Origin: Thermoanaerobaculia bacterium
Lineage (GTDB): Bacteria > Acidobacteriota > Thermoanaerobaculia > Multivoradales > DATKCC01
Reading direction: 5' to 3'
DNA length: 33,642 nt
Assembly: GCA_046538065.1 (NCBI GenBank)
Contig: JBKHJP010000003.1
Span: 1-33,642, forward strand
Made by a program: the position numbers and the translations under genes. The notes below the pieces were generated by a model. That model had not been told where the DNA came from. It did not search any database and saw only the letters and a list, made by a program, of their open reading frames with translations. Of the stretch, positions 7,608 through 19,875 are shown one piece after another (within the stretch, counting starts at the first letter, position 1; each line of letters starts with the position of its first letter).

Positions 7608-8984
7608 TTACTGCACGAACTCGAATCGGAGGGCCGGGTTGCGCCGAGCACGGCGAAAGTACCGGGCGGCTTCTTGGACCATCGCGACCGTGGCTGCGCC
7701 CTCCTCCATCGCTCGCTGAACGATCGAAAGCGCAGCGAGCGCCTCTCGGTGCACATCTCGCGTCGTGAAAATCGGGATCATTTCGAGGGCGAGCTCTCGT
7801 GCCTGTCCGGTTCGGTTCGTCTCGAGATAAAAGGCCGCTAGGTCGAGAGCGACCAAGGCTGCGTCGTAGCCTATTCCTTGGTCGGCAAATCCTTCCATGG
7901 CGTCTCGAAGGGCGGCTTCAGCGGTCGTGTCGTGGCCGCAGCACATCGCTACGAGCCCCTCCAGCCATGACGCTCGGATTCGATCGAGGGCACCGCCGAC
8001 AGCTGTCGCGAGGTGCCGAACTTCGGGAAGCAGCTTTTTCGCTTCGGGGCCGCGCCCGGATTCGCTCAGGTAGAGGACGAGGTTCCCATGAAGCAGAAGC
8101 TGCATCCGAGGTTCCTGAGAGGCGTCGACCAGTGTGGCGGCGTGCTCAAGAGTGTCGATCGCAACCTCGACGTCTCCGGCTTGCCGAAGCGTGGTGGCCC
8201 TTTGCACCAAGCCTCGCCCTTGCCCTTGCCGGTCTCCCGCCTCCCGGAAAATCTCGATCGCGCGGTCGACCGCCTGGAGCGCTTCGTCGAACTGCCGCTG
8301 GTCACGGTAGTAGGAGGCCTTGAGCGACAGCAGCTCCGCCTCTTCCAGCAGGTCCCCGCTGCCTTGCACGCGGAACTCCTCCGCCAGGTCGAAGGCCTCC
8401 GTCACGCTCCGGAGGTCGGAGCGGATCCGGCGGCAGTTGGCGATGTAGGACCAGGCTTCCGCCTTCAGGTCGTTGAGGAGCGCGGTGCCGTGGATCCGCC
8501 GGTCCAGGCGGTAGACCACCGCCAGGGCGAGCTCCGCGAGCTCCTCCGCCGTGCCGGGCCCTTCGCACCAGGTCCGGCGGCACTCCCCGAGCAGGTACTC
8601 GGCGAATCCGTAGGTGGCGAAGCGCGAGGCGTTCTCCACCAGCAGGCGCCGCCGGGACGGCGGATGGGGCTCGAGCTCCCTCCACAGGTCGGCGGCGGAG
8701 GTCCGCTCCCGCTCGATCTGGATCCCGAGCCGGCGGAACTTCTCCGCCACGTGGCGGGTCACGCCGGTGTAGCTCGACTCGTCGTGCTGGAAGCGGCTCT
8801 CGCCGAACATCTTCCCGAACAGGGCCTCGGCTCTCGGCCCGGCCTCCGGGAGCAGGGCGCGGCAGCGCCCGCACAGGAACAGGTGCCACGCCACCTCGAA
8901 GAGCGCCTCGCGCTCCAGCTCGTGGTCGCCGAAACACCGGAGCGTCTCGACGTCCAGATGGTCGTCCACGCGATCGTCCGTCAT
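7608..8984 (-). CDS. ZAS (zinc anti-sigma-like)-TPR protein, paralog 2 (458 aa)
   Basis: Start at ATG 8984 (MTDDRVDDHLDV...) with a GGGGGGAG RBS. H-x24-HLFLCGRC motif, then TPR-like repeats ending ARRNPALRFE. Confidence 0.82.
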   Translation of the reverse strand: MTDDRVDDHLDVETLRCFGDHELEREALFEVAWHLFLCGRCRALLPEAGPRAEALFGKMFGESRFQHDESSYTGVTRHVAEKFRRLGIQIERERTSAADLWRELEPHPPSRRRLLVENASRFATYGFAEYLLGECRRTWCEGPGTAEELAELALAVVYRLDRRIHGTALLNDLKAEAWSYIANCRRIRSDLRSVTEAFDLAEEFRVQGSGDLLEEAELLSLKASYYRDQRQFDEALQAVDRAIEIFREAGDRQGQGRGLVQRATTLRQAGDVEVAIDTLEHAATLVDASQEPRMQLLLHGNLVLYLSESGRGPEAKKLLPEVRHLATAVGGALDRIRASWLEGLVAMCCGHDTTAEAALRDAMEGFADQGIGYDAALVALDLAAFYLETNRTGQARELALEMIPIFTTRDVHREALAALSIVQRAMEEGAATVAMVQEAARYFRRARRNPALRFEFVQ

Positions 8985-9088
8985 GCTCCCCCCTCGTCTC
9001 GGATTCTGCATGGTCGAGGTTCCCGGAACCGGTATCCCGCGGGGCACGGGCGGCCCGCCCGCCGGTCCGGCTCCGACCTGTTGCGCGG

Positions 9089-9132
9089 AGTATAGGGCAA
9101 AACATCTTCGAACGCAACCAAATGTACCGAAT
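9089..9132 (-). promoter_or_regulatory. Sigma70-type promoter TTGCGT-17-TATACT with adjacent upstream motif ATTCGGTACAT
   Basis: -35 at 9117-9112, -10 at 9094-9089, exact 17-bp spacer. The motif at 9132-9122 is shared with the paralog 1 upstream region. Confidence 0.6.
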
Positions 9133-9302
9133 CCGGCGACGCAATGGCCAGATCTACCCCCTGGAGGAAAGAAGAAGCCCGTTTCGGGGTCCCCGGAGCC
9201 TCCCGGGCCGGCGCCGGCCGGAGCGATCCGTACGTGGTGTTCCGTCCTTCTTAGTGTGGGAAACGCGCGAACCGTGAACACACCCGGGAGGATTTTTTTT
9301 CC

Positions 9303-9812
9303 ATGAGACACACACCACTCGTCGTCATCGCCGCCCTCGTGCTGTTCGGCTGGCACTCTCCGGACGCCGTGGCCGAGTCCTCCGGAGGTCCGCGGGACGA
9401 GGCGCCGGCCCTCCGTTTGTCGGACCGCCCCTCGAAGCTGGAGCTCCACTTCGTGCAGCGCTGGCTGGAGGACTGGCGACGCAGCGCCGGGCCGGTCGAG
9501 CTCGCGGTGGCCGACCTCCGTCCGGACGGCCGGGGCGCCCCGCACCTGGAGAAGGCCGCGTGCATGGACCTGGCGGCGGCGTTACTGGAGCTGGACCGCC
9601 GGGCGGTCCTGCCCGCTCCGGACGCCGCCGTCTCCTTCCACCTGGAACGGGGGCTGCGCCGGCTGGCCCGCACCGCCGTCACCTGCCTCACCCGGCGTCG
9701 GTACGCGGCCCGTCGTGCCCTGGAGGAGGCCCGGGGCGCTTTCGGCGAAGCGGAGCGCCTGCTGCGGCGCTACGAGCTGGGAGCTGGTAGCCTTGGCGAC
9801 CTCGCACGATGA
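9303..9812 (+). CDS. Hypothetical secreted helical protein
   Basis: 169 aa with signal peptide MRHTPLVVIAALVLFGW...AVA and host-like codon usage. Its stop overlaps the next start (ATGA). Confidence 0.6.
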   Translation: MRHTPLVVIAALVLFGWHSPDAVAESSGGPRDEAPALRLSDRPSKLELHFVQRWLEDWRRSAGPVELAVADLRPDGRGAPHLEKAACMDLAAALLELDRRAVLPAPDAAVSFHLERGLRRLARTAVTCLTRRRYAARRALEEARGAFGEAERLLRRYELGAGSLGDLAR

Positions 9813-10996
9813 TCGATGGCCCCCTCGCCCTGTCCGCCACCGTGGCGGCGGTCGCCGCCGCGGGTTTCTGGCTCGAGAGCCGCTTCCCCTGGGCGGAGAA
9901 GCTGGGCGCCTCGCTCCTGGTGATCGCCCTCGGGGCGCTCCTCTCCAACCTGGGGCTGGTGCCGGCCAGCTCGCCCGTCTACGGCGCGGTCTACGGGCCG
10001 GTGACCTCCCTGGCGATCGTCTGGCTGCTGCTGGCCGTGGACCTGAGGGACCTCCGGGCCGCGGGTCCGCGGATGCTGGGAGCCTTCGCCCTGGCGGTCG
10101 CCGCCACGACGGCCGGCGCCCTGACGGCCGTCGCCCTGTTCGGGGCGGCGGTGGGCGACGAGACGTGGCGCCTCGCCGGGACCATGGTGGGGACCTACTC
10201 GGGGGGCAGCCTCAACTTCGCCGCCGTGGGGCGGGCGGTGGAGCTGCCGGAGAGCCTGTTCACGGCGGCGGCTGCCGCGGACAACGTCATGACGGCGGTC
10301 TGGATGATGGCGACGCTGCTCCTGCCGGTGTGGCTCGGCCGCTTCTATCCCGCGGCGCCGCCGGCCCCCGACCCCGCCGACCCCGCCGCGGCTGGCTCGG
10401 GGGAGGAGGACGGCCGGACCGGCGCCGCCGGCGAGGAGGGGCGACGTCGCCAGGGCCTCCTGGACGGGGTGCCGTTCCACGTGCCGGACGTGGCGGTGCT
10501 GCTGGCCGTGGGGCTCATGCTCCACGTGGCGGCGGAGACGGTGGCCCGGGAGGTGCCGTTGCCGATCCCCTCCGTCGTCTGGCTCACCACCTTCGCCCTC
10601 GCCGTGGGCCAGCTCCCGCCGGTCCGGCGCCTCCAGGGGTCGTTCCACCTGGGGACGCTGGCCCTCAACCTCTTCTTCGTCGTCATCGGCATCGGCTCCC
10701 GGGTCGCCGAGATCCTCGCCGTGGGTGTCGAGATCTTCTACTTCACGGCCACCGTCGTCCTGGTCCACGGCGTGGTCGTGTTCGTGGCGGCACGGTTCGC
10801 CCGGCTGGACGTCGAGACCACGGCGGTCGCTTCCCAGGCGTCGGTGGGCGGCCCGTCCACGGCCATGGCCCTGGCCATCGCCCGGCGCCGGCCCGACCTC
10901 GCCCTTCCCGGGGTCATGGTGGGCCTTCTGGGTTACGCCGCGGGCAACTACCTGGGCCTGGCGGTGGCGCACCTGATCCGGGCCTGGGGCTCCTGA
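9809..10996 (+). CDS. DUF819 family membrane protein
   Basis: About 11 TM helices with GTYSGGSLNFAAV, ASQASVGGPSTA and VGLLGYAAGNYLG motifs. Confidence 0.85.
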   Translation: MIDGPLALSATVAAVAAAGFWLESRFPWAEKLGASLLVIALGALLSNLGLVPASSPVYGAVYGPVTSLAIVWLLLAVDLRDLRAAGPRMLGAFALAVAATTAGALTAVALFGAAVGDETWRLAGTMVGTYSGGSLNFAAVGRAVELPESLFTAAAAADNVMTAVWMMATLLLPVWLGRFYPAAPPAPDPADPAAAGSGEEDGRTGAAGEEGRRRQGLLDGVPFHVPDVAVLLAVGLMLHVAAETVAREVPLPIPSVVWLTTFALAVGQLPPVRRLQGSFHLGTLALNLFFVVIGIGSRVAEILAVGVEIFYFTATVVLVHGVVVFVAARFARLDVETTAVASQASVGGPSTAMALAIARRRPDLALPGVMVGLLGYAAGNYLGLAVAHLIRAWGS

Positions 10997-11117
10997 AGGC
11001 ATCGCCCCGGCGTTCCCCGAGCCTGCGCCGCTCCAGCCGGCCCGTCGGCCCCGGCGATCCTCCGTCCTGGTCCCGTCCTTGCACGTCGGTGGGAGGGGGA
11101 CGGAAGGAGGAACGTCG

Positions 11118-12008
11118 ATGCCACACCCGCGAACGAGACAGCTCGCCACACCCCTTCTGGTCCTGGTGCTCGCCGTCACGGGCTGCCGGGGCATGGGAGC
11201 TCCCGGTGGCGGGGAGCCGCCGCCGCCGACCCCCGAGCGGACCGTCGTCGGCGAGGTCGCCTGGGTGGATCCCGGGGAGCGCCAGATCGAGGTCCGGTCG
11301 CGCACCGGCGACGTGGTCGCCTGGTACGACGCCGGAACCCGCGTGCTCTTCGAGGGCCGCGAGGACTCCCCGGAGAACCTGGAGCCCGGCGACCGGGTGC
11401 GCATGGAGGTGAGCGGGGCCGGGGCCCGGAACCTCTACGCCGAGCGCATCGAGGTCACTGACTCGGTCGCCGAGCGCCGGCCGGCGGAGGAGCCCCGCGA
11501 GGAGAGCTTCGCCGCGGACGTCCTGGCCGGGGAGGTCCAGGCGGTGGACCTCGAGCGCCGGGAGATCCGCCTCGAAACCGACGAGGGCGAGCGCTTCTTC
11601 GCCTTCGACCGGCGGACTCGCGTCTTCTACCAGGGTGAGGAGTACCGCCCCGAGAACCTGGAGTGGGGCGACCTGGTGGAGATCGAGGTGGCCGACACCG
11701 GCGCCCGCGAGCCCTACGCCGAGCGGATCGAGGTGACGCGGGCGGTGCAGGAGCGCGAGGACGTGCGCACCGACACCGGGCCCGGTTTCGAGAGGGATCG
11801 CGTGACGGGGACCGTGGAGTGGATCGACGGCCGCCTGGGAGAGTTCGGCCTGGAGACCGGGGGCGGGGAGGTGCTGACCGTCCGGATCCCCTTCGACGCC
11901 CGGGAGAGGGTCCGCGAGCGGTTCAGCCGGCTGGACCGGGGCGACCGGGTGGAGGTCGAGGTCACACCGCTGGACGGGGACCGGGTCTCGCTGGTCCGGT
12001 TCCTGTAG
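11118..12008 (+). CDS. Lipoprotein with three tandem OB-fold/DUF5666-like repeats
   Basis: AAGGAGG RBS and lipobox VTGC. Repeats follow the pattern GEVxxVD...TRV...PENLExGDxV...YAERIEVT. Confidence 0.75.
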   Translation: MPHPRTRQLATPLLVLVLAVTGCRGMGAPGGGEPPPPTPERTVVGEVAWVDPGERQIEVRSRTGDVVAWYDAGTRVLFEGREDSPENLEPGDRVRMEVSGAGARNLYAERIEVTDSVAERRPAEEPREESFAADVLAGEVQAVDLERREIRLETDEGERFFAFDRRTRVFYQGEEYRPENLEWGDLVEIEVADTGAREPYAERIEVTRAVQEREDVRTDTGPGFERDRVTGTVEWIDGRLGEFGLETGGGEVLTVRIPFDARERVRERFSRLDRGDRVEVEVTPLDGDRVSLVRFL

Positions 12009-12045
12009 GGAGGAGCTCGCCTCCTCCCCGGGGTAGCATCGTCCG

Positions 12046-13326
12046 GTGGTGAGCCTCTGCAGCCGTCACCGGTGGGCGGCATGGGCCGCCGTGGGGATCG
12101 TCGCCTCCGCGTGCGCCGGGGGCGGAGAGACCGAAGGCACTCCGAGGCTTCGCTGGTACGTCTTCCGGGAGCCTTCCGGCGCCTTCGCCCGGGCGGCGGC
12201 GGAGTGCACCCGTGCCGCTCGAGGGCGCTACCGGATCGAGATCGCCGAGCTTCCGGCCGACGCCGACCAGCAGCGGATCCAGATCGCGCGCCGGCTCGCC
12301 GCCCGGGACCCGGACCTGGACGTCCTGGGCCTCGACGTGATCTGGACCGCCGAGCTCGCCGGGGCCGGCTGGATCCTGCCCTGGGACGAGGTCGCTCCCG
12401 AGGCGGCGGAGTCGATCCGCCGGAGCACCCTGGCGGCGCCGCTGGCCACCGCGACCTACCGCGGACGCCTCTACGCCGCGCCGTTCACCACGAACGTCCA
12501 GCTCCTGTGGTACCGCACCGACCTGGTGGAGGAGCCGCCGCGCACCTGGGCGGAGCTGATCGCCGCGTCGGAGGCGCTGGCCCGTGGGGGAGAGCCCCAC
12601 CGCGCCCAGGTGCAGGGTGGGCGCTACGAGGGCCTGACCGTCTGGTTCGTGAGCCTCCTGGCGTCAACGGGAGGGCGGGTCCTGGAGCCCGGGGGTGGGG
12701 TGGCCCTGTCCCCCGGCCCCACCCGGGAGGCCCTGGCGGTCATGGGGCGCTTCGCCCGGTCCGCCGCCGCGCCTCCGAACCTCGCCACCACCCGGGAGGA
12801 CGAGGCGCGCCTGGCCTTCGAAGCCGGGGACTCCGCCTTCATGCTCAACTATCCCTTCGTCTGGCCGAGCGCCCGGGAGAACGCGCCGGAGATCTCCCGC
12901 GTCATGGGCTGGGCTCCATGGCCCAGGGTCGACCCGGAGCGGCCCGCCCGGGTCGCCGTGGGCGGTCTCAACCTGGGGATCGGAGCGTTCTCCCGGCACC
13001 CGGAGCTGGCCGCGGAGGCGGCGGCCTGCTTGCGGAGCGACGCCCACCAGCTGCGGGCGGCCCTGGAGGGGGGCCTCTTCCCGACCACGGCGGCGCTGTA
13101 CGAGGGGCCGGAGCTCTCGGCCGAGCTGCCGTTCCTGGAGACCTTTCTCGAGACCCTGCGCCACGCCACCGAGCGGCCGGAGACTCCGGCGTACGCGGAC
13201 CTGAGCCTGGCCATCCAGCGCACTCTCCACCCGCTCCGGGCGGTCGACCCGGACGCCACCGGCCCGGTGCTCGCATCGTTACGCGAACGGCTCCGCCGCG
13301 CGGTGCGCTCCCGGGGGCTCCTGTGA
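12046..13326 (+). CDS. lpqY: Sugar ABC transporter substrate-binding lipoprotein, LpqY-like (trehalose/maltose)
   Basis: Lipobox ASAC. ELPADADQQRIQIARRLAARDPDLDVLGLDVIWTAELAGAGW and YEGLTVWF resemble mycobacterial LpqY. Confidence 0.75.
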   Translation: MVSLCSRHRWAAWAAVGIVASACAGGGETEGTPRLRWYVFREPSGAFARAAAECTRAARGRYRIEIAELPADADQQRIQIARRLAARDPDLDVLGLDVIWTAELAGAGWILPWDEVAPEAAESIRRSTLAAPLATATYRGRLYAAPFTTNVQLLWYRTDLVEEPPRTWAELIAASEALARGGEPHRAQVQGGRYEGLTVWFVSLLASTGGRVLEPGGGVALSPGPTREALAVMGRFARSAAAPPNLATTREDEARLAFEAGDSAFMLNYPFVWPSARENAPEISRVMGWAPWPRVDPERPARVAVGGLNLGIGAFSRHPELAAEAAACLRSDAHQLRAALEGGLFPTTAALYEGPELSAELPFLETFLETLRHATERPETPAYADLSLAIQRTLHPLRAVDPDATGPVLASLRERLRRAVRSRGLL

Positions 13327-14210
13327 CGGACGGGGGGCGGCGCCTGGGGATCGTCCTCGCGGCCCCGGCGGTCGGTGTGATGCTCGCCGTCACCGCCTAT
13401 CCCGTCGCCCACGCGGCCTGGTTGTCCCTCCGGCGCTACGACCTGCGCTTTCCCGGCGAAGGGGGCTTCGCCGGACTCGCCAACTACGCCGACGTGCTGA
13501 GCTCGCCCCTCTGGTGGCGGGACCTGGGCAACACGGTCCTCCTCACGGTCGCCTCCGTCGCCCTGGAGCTGGTCCTCGGGATGCTCCTGGCCCTCCTCAT
13601 GCACCGCACGCTGGTCGCCCGCCGGCTGGTGCGCACGGCGACGCTGCTGCCCTACACCGTGATCACGGTGGTCGCCGCCCTGGCCTGGAGGTTCGCGTTC
13701 GACCCGGTGACCGGCTTCGTCGATCCGCTCCTGAGCCCCCTCCTCGGACGGGAAGTCCCGTGGCTCAGCCGGCCGGTGCCGTCCTTCGCGGCGGTGGTGG
13801 TAGCGGAGGTCTGGAAGACGACGCCGTTCATGGCCCTGCTGCTCCTGGCGGGGCTGGTCCAGGTGCCGGAGGAGCTCCTCCGGGCGGCCCGGGTCGACGG
13901 GGCCGGGCCGTGGCAGCGGTTCGTCCGGGTGACGCTTCCCCTGATCCGGCCGGCGATCCTGGTGGCCCTCCTGTTCCGGACCCTGGACGCCTTCCGGATC
14001 TTCGACTCCGCGTTCGTGATGACGCGGGGGAGCGCCGCCACGGAGACGGTCTCCATCCTGGGGTACCGCCAGCTCCTGGTGCGCCTCAACCTGGGGATCG
14101 GCTCGGCGGTCTCGGTGCTCATCTTCTTGTGCACGGTCGCGATCGCCTGGGTCTTCATCCGCTGGCTCGGGGCGGCTCCCGGGGGGGACGGAACGGAGGA
14201 GGCGGGATGA
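13323..14210 (+). CDS. sugA: Carbohydrate ABC transporter permease (SugA/MalF-like)
   Basis: GTG start overlaps the upstream TGA. EVWKTTPFMALLLLAGL and an EAA-loop variant (RAARVDGAGPWQRF). Confidence 0.85.
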   Translation: MTDGGRRLGIVLAAPAVGVMLAVTAYPVAHAAWLSLRRYDLRFPGEGGFAGLANYADVLSSPLWWRDLGNTVLLTVASVALELVLGMLLALLMHRTLVARRLVRTATLLPYTVITVVAALAWRFAFDPVTGFVDPLLSPLLGREVPWLSRPVPSFAAVVVAEVWKTTPFMALLLLAGLVQVPEELLRAARVDGAGPWQRFVRVTLPLIRPAILVALLFRTLDAFRIFDSAFVMTRGSAATETVSILGYRQLLVRLNLGIGSAVSVLIFLCTVAIAWVFIRWLGAAPGGDGTEEAG

Positions 14211-15046
14211 GGGGCGGCGGCCGCGGTCTGCGGGAGCGGGGCCTCTGGGGCGTCGCCTCCGCCCTGGCGGTCCTCTACGCCCTCACGCCGCTGGCCTGGC
14301 TCCTGTCGCTCTCCCTCAAGCGTCCCGGCGATCTGGCGGACCGGCGGTTCGTCCCGCAGGCGGTGACCCTGGAGAGCTACCGGCGCCTGTTCGACGACGA
14401 CCGCTTCCTCTCCGCCCTGGTCAACTCCGTGGGGGTCGCCTCCCTGACCACGGTGCTCGCCGTCGCCCTGGCGGCGGCGGCCGCCTACGCCATCGTCCGG
14501 CTGGAGGTGCCGGGTGGGCGGGCGGTCCTGGCCGGGGCGCTGGCGGTGGTCATGTTTCCGCCCATCTCCGTGGTGGGCCCGCTGTTCGACCTGTGGCGGT
14601 TGATCGGCCTGTACGACACCTGGCCCGGGCTGGTCATCCCGTACATGACCTTCGCCCTGCCCCTGGCGTTGTGGATCCTCACCTCCTTCTTCCGCGAGAT
14701 CCCCTGGGAGCTCGAGGGGGCGGCCCGGCTGGACGGGGCGACCCGCCTCCAGGCGCTGCGCCGCGTGGTCCTGCCCCTGGCGGCGCCGGCGCTGGTGACC
14801 ACGGCCATCCTGGTCTTCGTCTTCGCCTGGAACGAGTTCCTCTTCGCCCTCTCCCTGACCTCCACCGAGCGGGCCCGGACCGTGCCGGCAGCCCTGGCGT
14901 TCTTCGCCGGCGAGTCCCGATTCCAGGAGCCCACGGGGACGATCGCCGCGGCGGCGGTGGTGGTGACGGTGCCGGTCACGGGCGTGGTCCTCCTCTTCCA
15001 GCGCCGGATCGTCGCCGGCCTCACCGCCGGGGCCGTCAAGGGCTGA
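14207..15046 (+). CDS. sugB: Carbohydrate ABC transporter permease (SugB/MalG-like)
   Basis: ATGA overlap with the upstream gene. IPWELEGAARLDGA and FAWNEFLFA motifs. Confidence 0.85.
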   Translation: MRGGGRGLRERGLWGVASALAVLYALTPLAWLLSLSLKRPGDLADRRFVPQAVTLESYRRLFDDDRFLSALVNSVGVASLTTVLAVALAAAAAYAIVRLEVPGGRAVLAGALAVVMFPPISVVGPLFDLWRLIGLYDTWPGLVIPYMTFALPLALWILTSFFREIPWELEGAARLDGATRLQALRRVVLPLAAPALVTTAILVFVFAWNEFLFALSLTSTERARTVPAALAFFAGESRFQEPTGTIAAAAVVVTVPVTGVVLLFQRRIVAGLTAGAVKG

Positions 15047-15056
15047 GGTCCAGAGG

Positions 15057-16175
15057 ATGGCCGGCGTCCAGCTCCGGAACGTGACGAAGCGCTTCCCCGG
15101 CGGCACCGTCGCCGTCTCCGGCGTCGACCTCCGGGTGGAGGAGGGGGAGCTGTTCGTCCTGGTGGGTCCCTCCGGGTGCGGCAAGTCGACGCTTCTCCAC
15201 CTGATCGCCGGGCTGGAGGCGCCCACCGCGGGGGAGGTCTGGATCGGGGGTCGGCGGGTGGACGGGATGGACCCGAAGGACCGCGACGTCGCCATGGTCT
15301 TCCAGAGCTACGCCCTGTACCCCCACATGACGGTGCGGGAGAACCTGGCGTTCCCCCTGGAGCTCGCCGGGCTCTCCCGCGGCGAGATCGCCCACCGGGT
15401 GGAGCGGACCGCCGCCACCCTGGGGATCGGGGAGCTCCTGGACCGCCGGCCGGCGGCCCTGTCCGGGGGTCAGCGCCAGCGGGTCGCCACCGGGCGGGCC
15501 ATCGTCCGGGAGCCGGCGGTCTTCCTGATGGACGAGCCCCTGTCGAACCTGGACGCGCGGCTGCGCCTGGAGACCCGGGCCGAGATCCTCCGCCTCCAGG
15601 AGCGCCTGGGAACCACCATGGTCTACGTGACCCACGACCAGACCGAGGCCATGACCCTCGCCGACCGCCTGGCCGTGCTGCGCGACGGCGCCGTCGAGCA
15701 GGTGGGAACGCCCCGGGAGCTCTACCGGGAGCCGGCGACCCGGTTCGTCGCCTCCTTCCTGGGCTCGCCGCCCATCAACCTGGTGGAGGGGCGCCTGCGG
15801 CAGGGGCGCCTGCTCCTGCCCTGGGCGCCCGGCGAGGGGATCGCCCTGCCGGAGCGTCTCCGGCGGGCCGCTGGAGGGCGGTCCGGACCGGTCGTCGCCG
15901 GGCTGCGGCCCGAGGCCCTCCGGCTCGCGGCCCGGGAACCCGAGCCGGGGGTGGAGGGCCCCGGCGGGGTCGCCCTCCCGGTCCGGGTGGCCCTGGTCGA
16001 GTGGCTGGGGGCGGAGCTCTACGTCCACGCCGAGGCGGGTGACGGGGAGCTCATGGCCCGGCTGCCCCCCGACGCTCCCGCCGGCGTGGGGGACCGCCTG
16101 GAGCTGGCTTTCGATCCGGCGGAGCTCCACCTCTTCGACCCGGAGACGGAACGGCGCCTGGGCCCGCGCCGGTGA
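15057..16175 (+). CDS. sugC: Carbohydrate ABC transporter ATP-binding protein (SugC/MalK-like)
   Basis: Walker A GPSGCGKS, LSGGQRQR, DEPLSNLDA, VTHDQ, and a C-terminal TOBE-like domain. Confidence 0.9.
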   Translation: MAGVQLRNVTKRFPGGTVAVSGVDLRVEEGELFVLVGPSGCGKSTLLHLIAGLEAPTAGEVWIGGRRVDGMDPKDRDVAMVFQSYALYPHMTVRENLAFPLELAGLSRGEIAHRVERTAATLGIGELLDRRPAALSGGQRQRVATGRAIVREPAVFLMDEPLSNLDARLRLETRAEILRLQERLGTTMVYVTHDQTEAMTLADRLAVLRDGAVEQVGTPRELYREPATRFVASFLGSPPINLVEGRLRQGRLLLPWAPGEGIALPERLRRAAGGRSGPVVAGLRPEALRLAAREPEPGVEGPGGVALPVRVALVEWLGAELYVHAEAGDGELMARLPPDAPAGVGDRLELAFDPAELHLFDPETERRLGPRR

Positions 16176-16179
16176 GGCC

Positions 16180-19776
<3,597 letters not shown>

Positions 19777-19875
19777 ACACCTTATCCCAACAGGCCGGGA
19801 AGGGCTGTCGGACGCACGAGGACGTGGGTGTCGGACCGGAGCGGCCGGCCGGAGCGGCCCGGCCCTCGCCGGTCC

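Noticed and set aside
8985-9545. 187-aa N-terminal extension of the TPR ORF 7608..9545
   Set aside because: It overlaps the promoter region and the divergent gene at 9303. The RBS and alignment with paralog 1 support ATG 8984.
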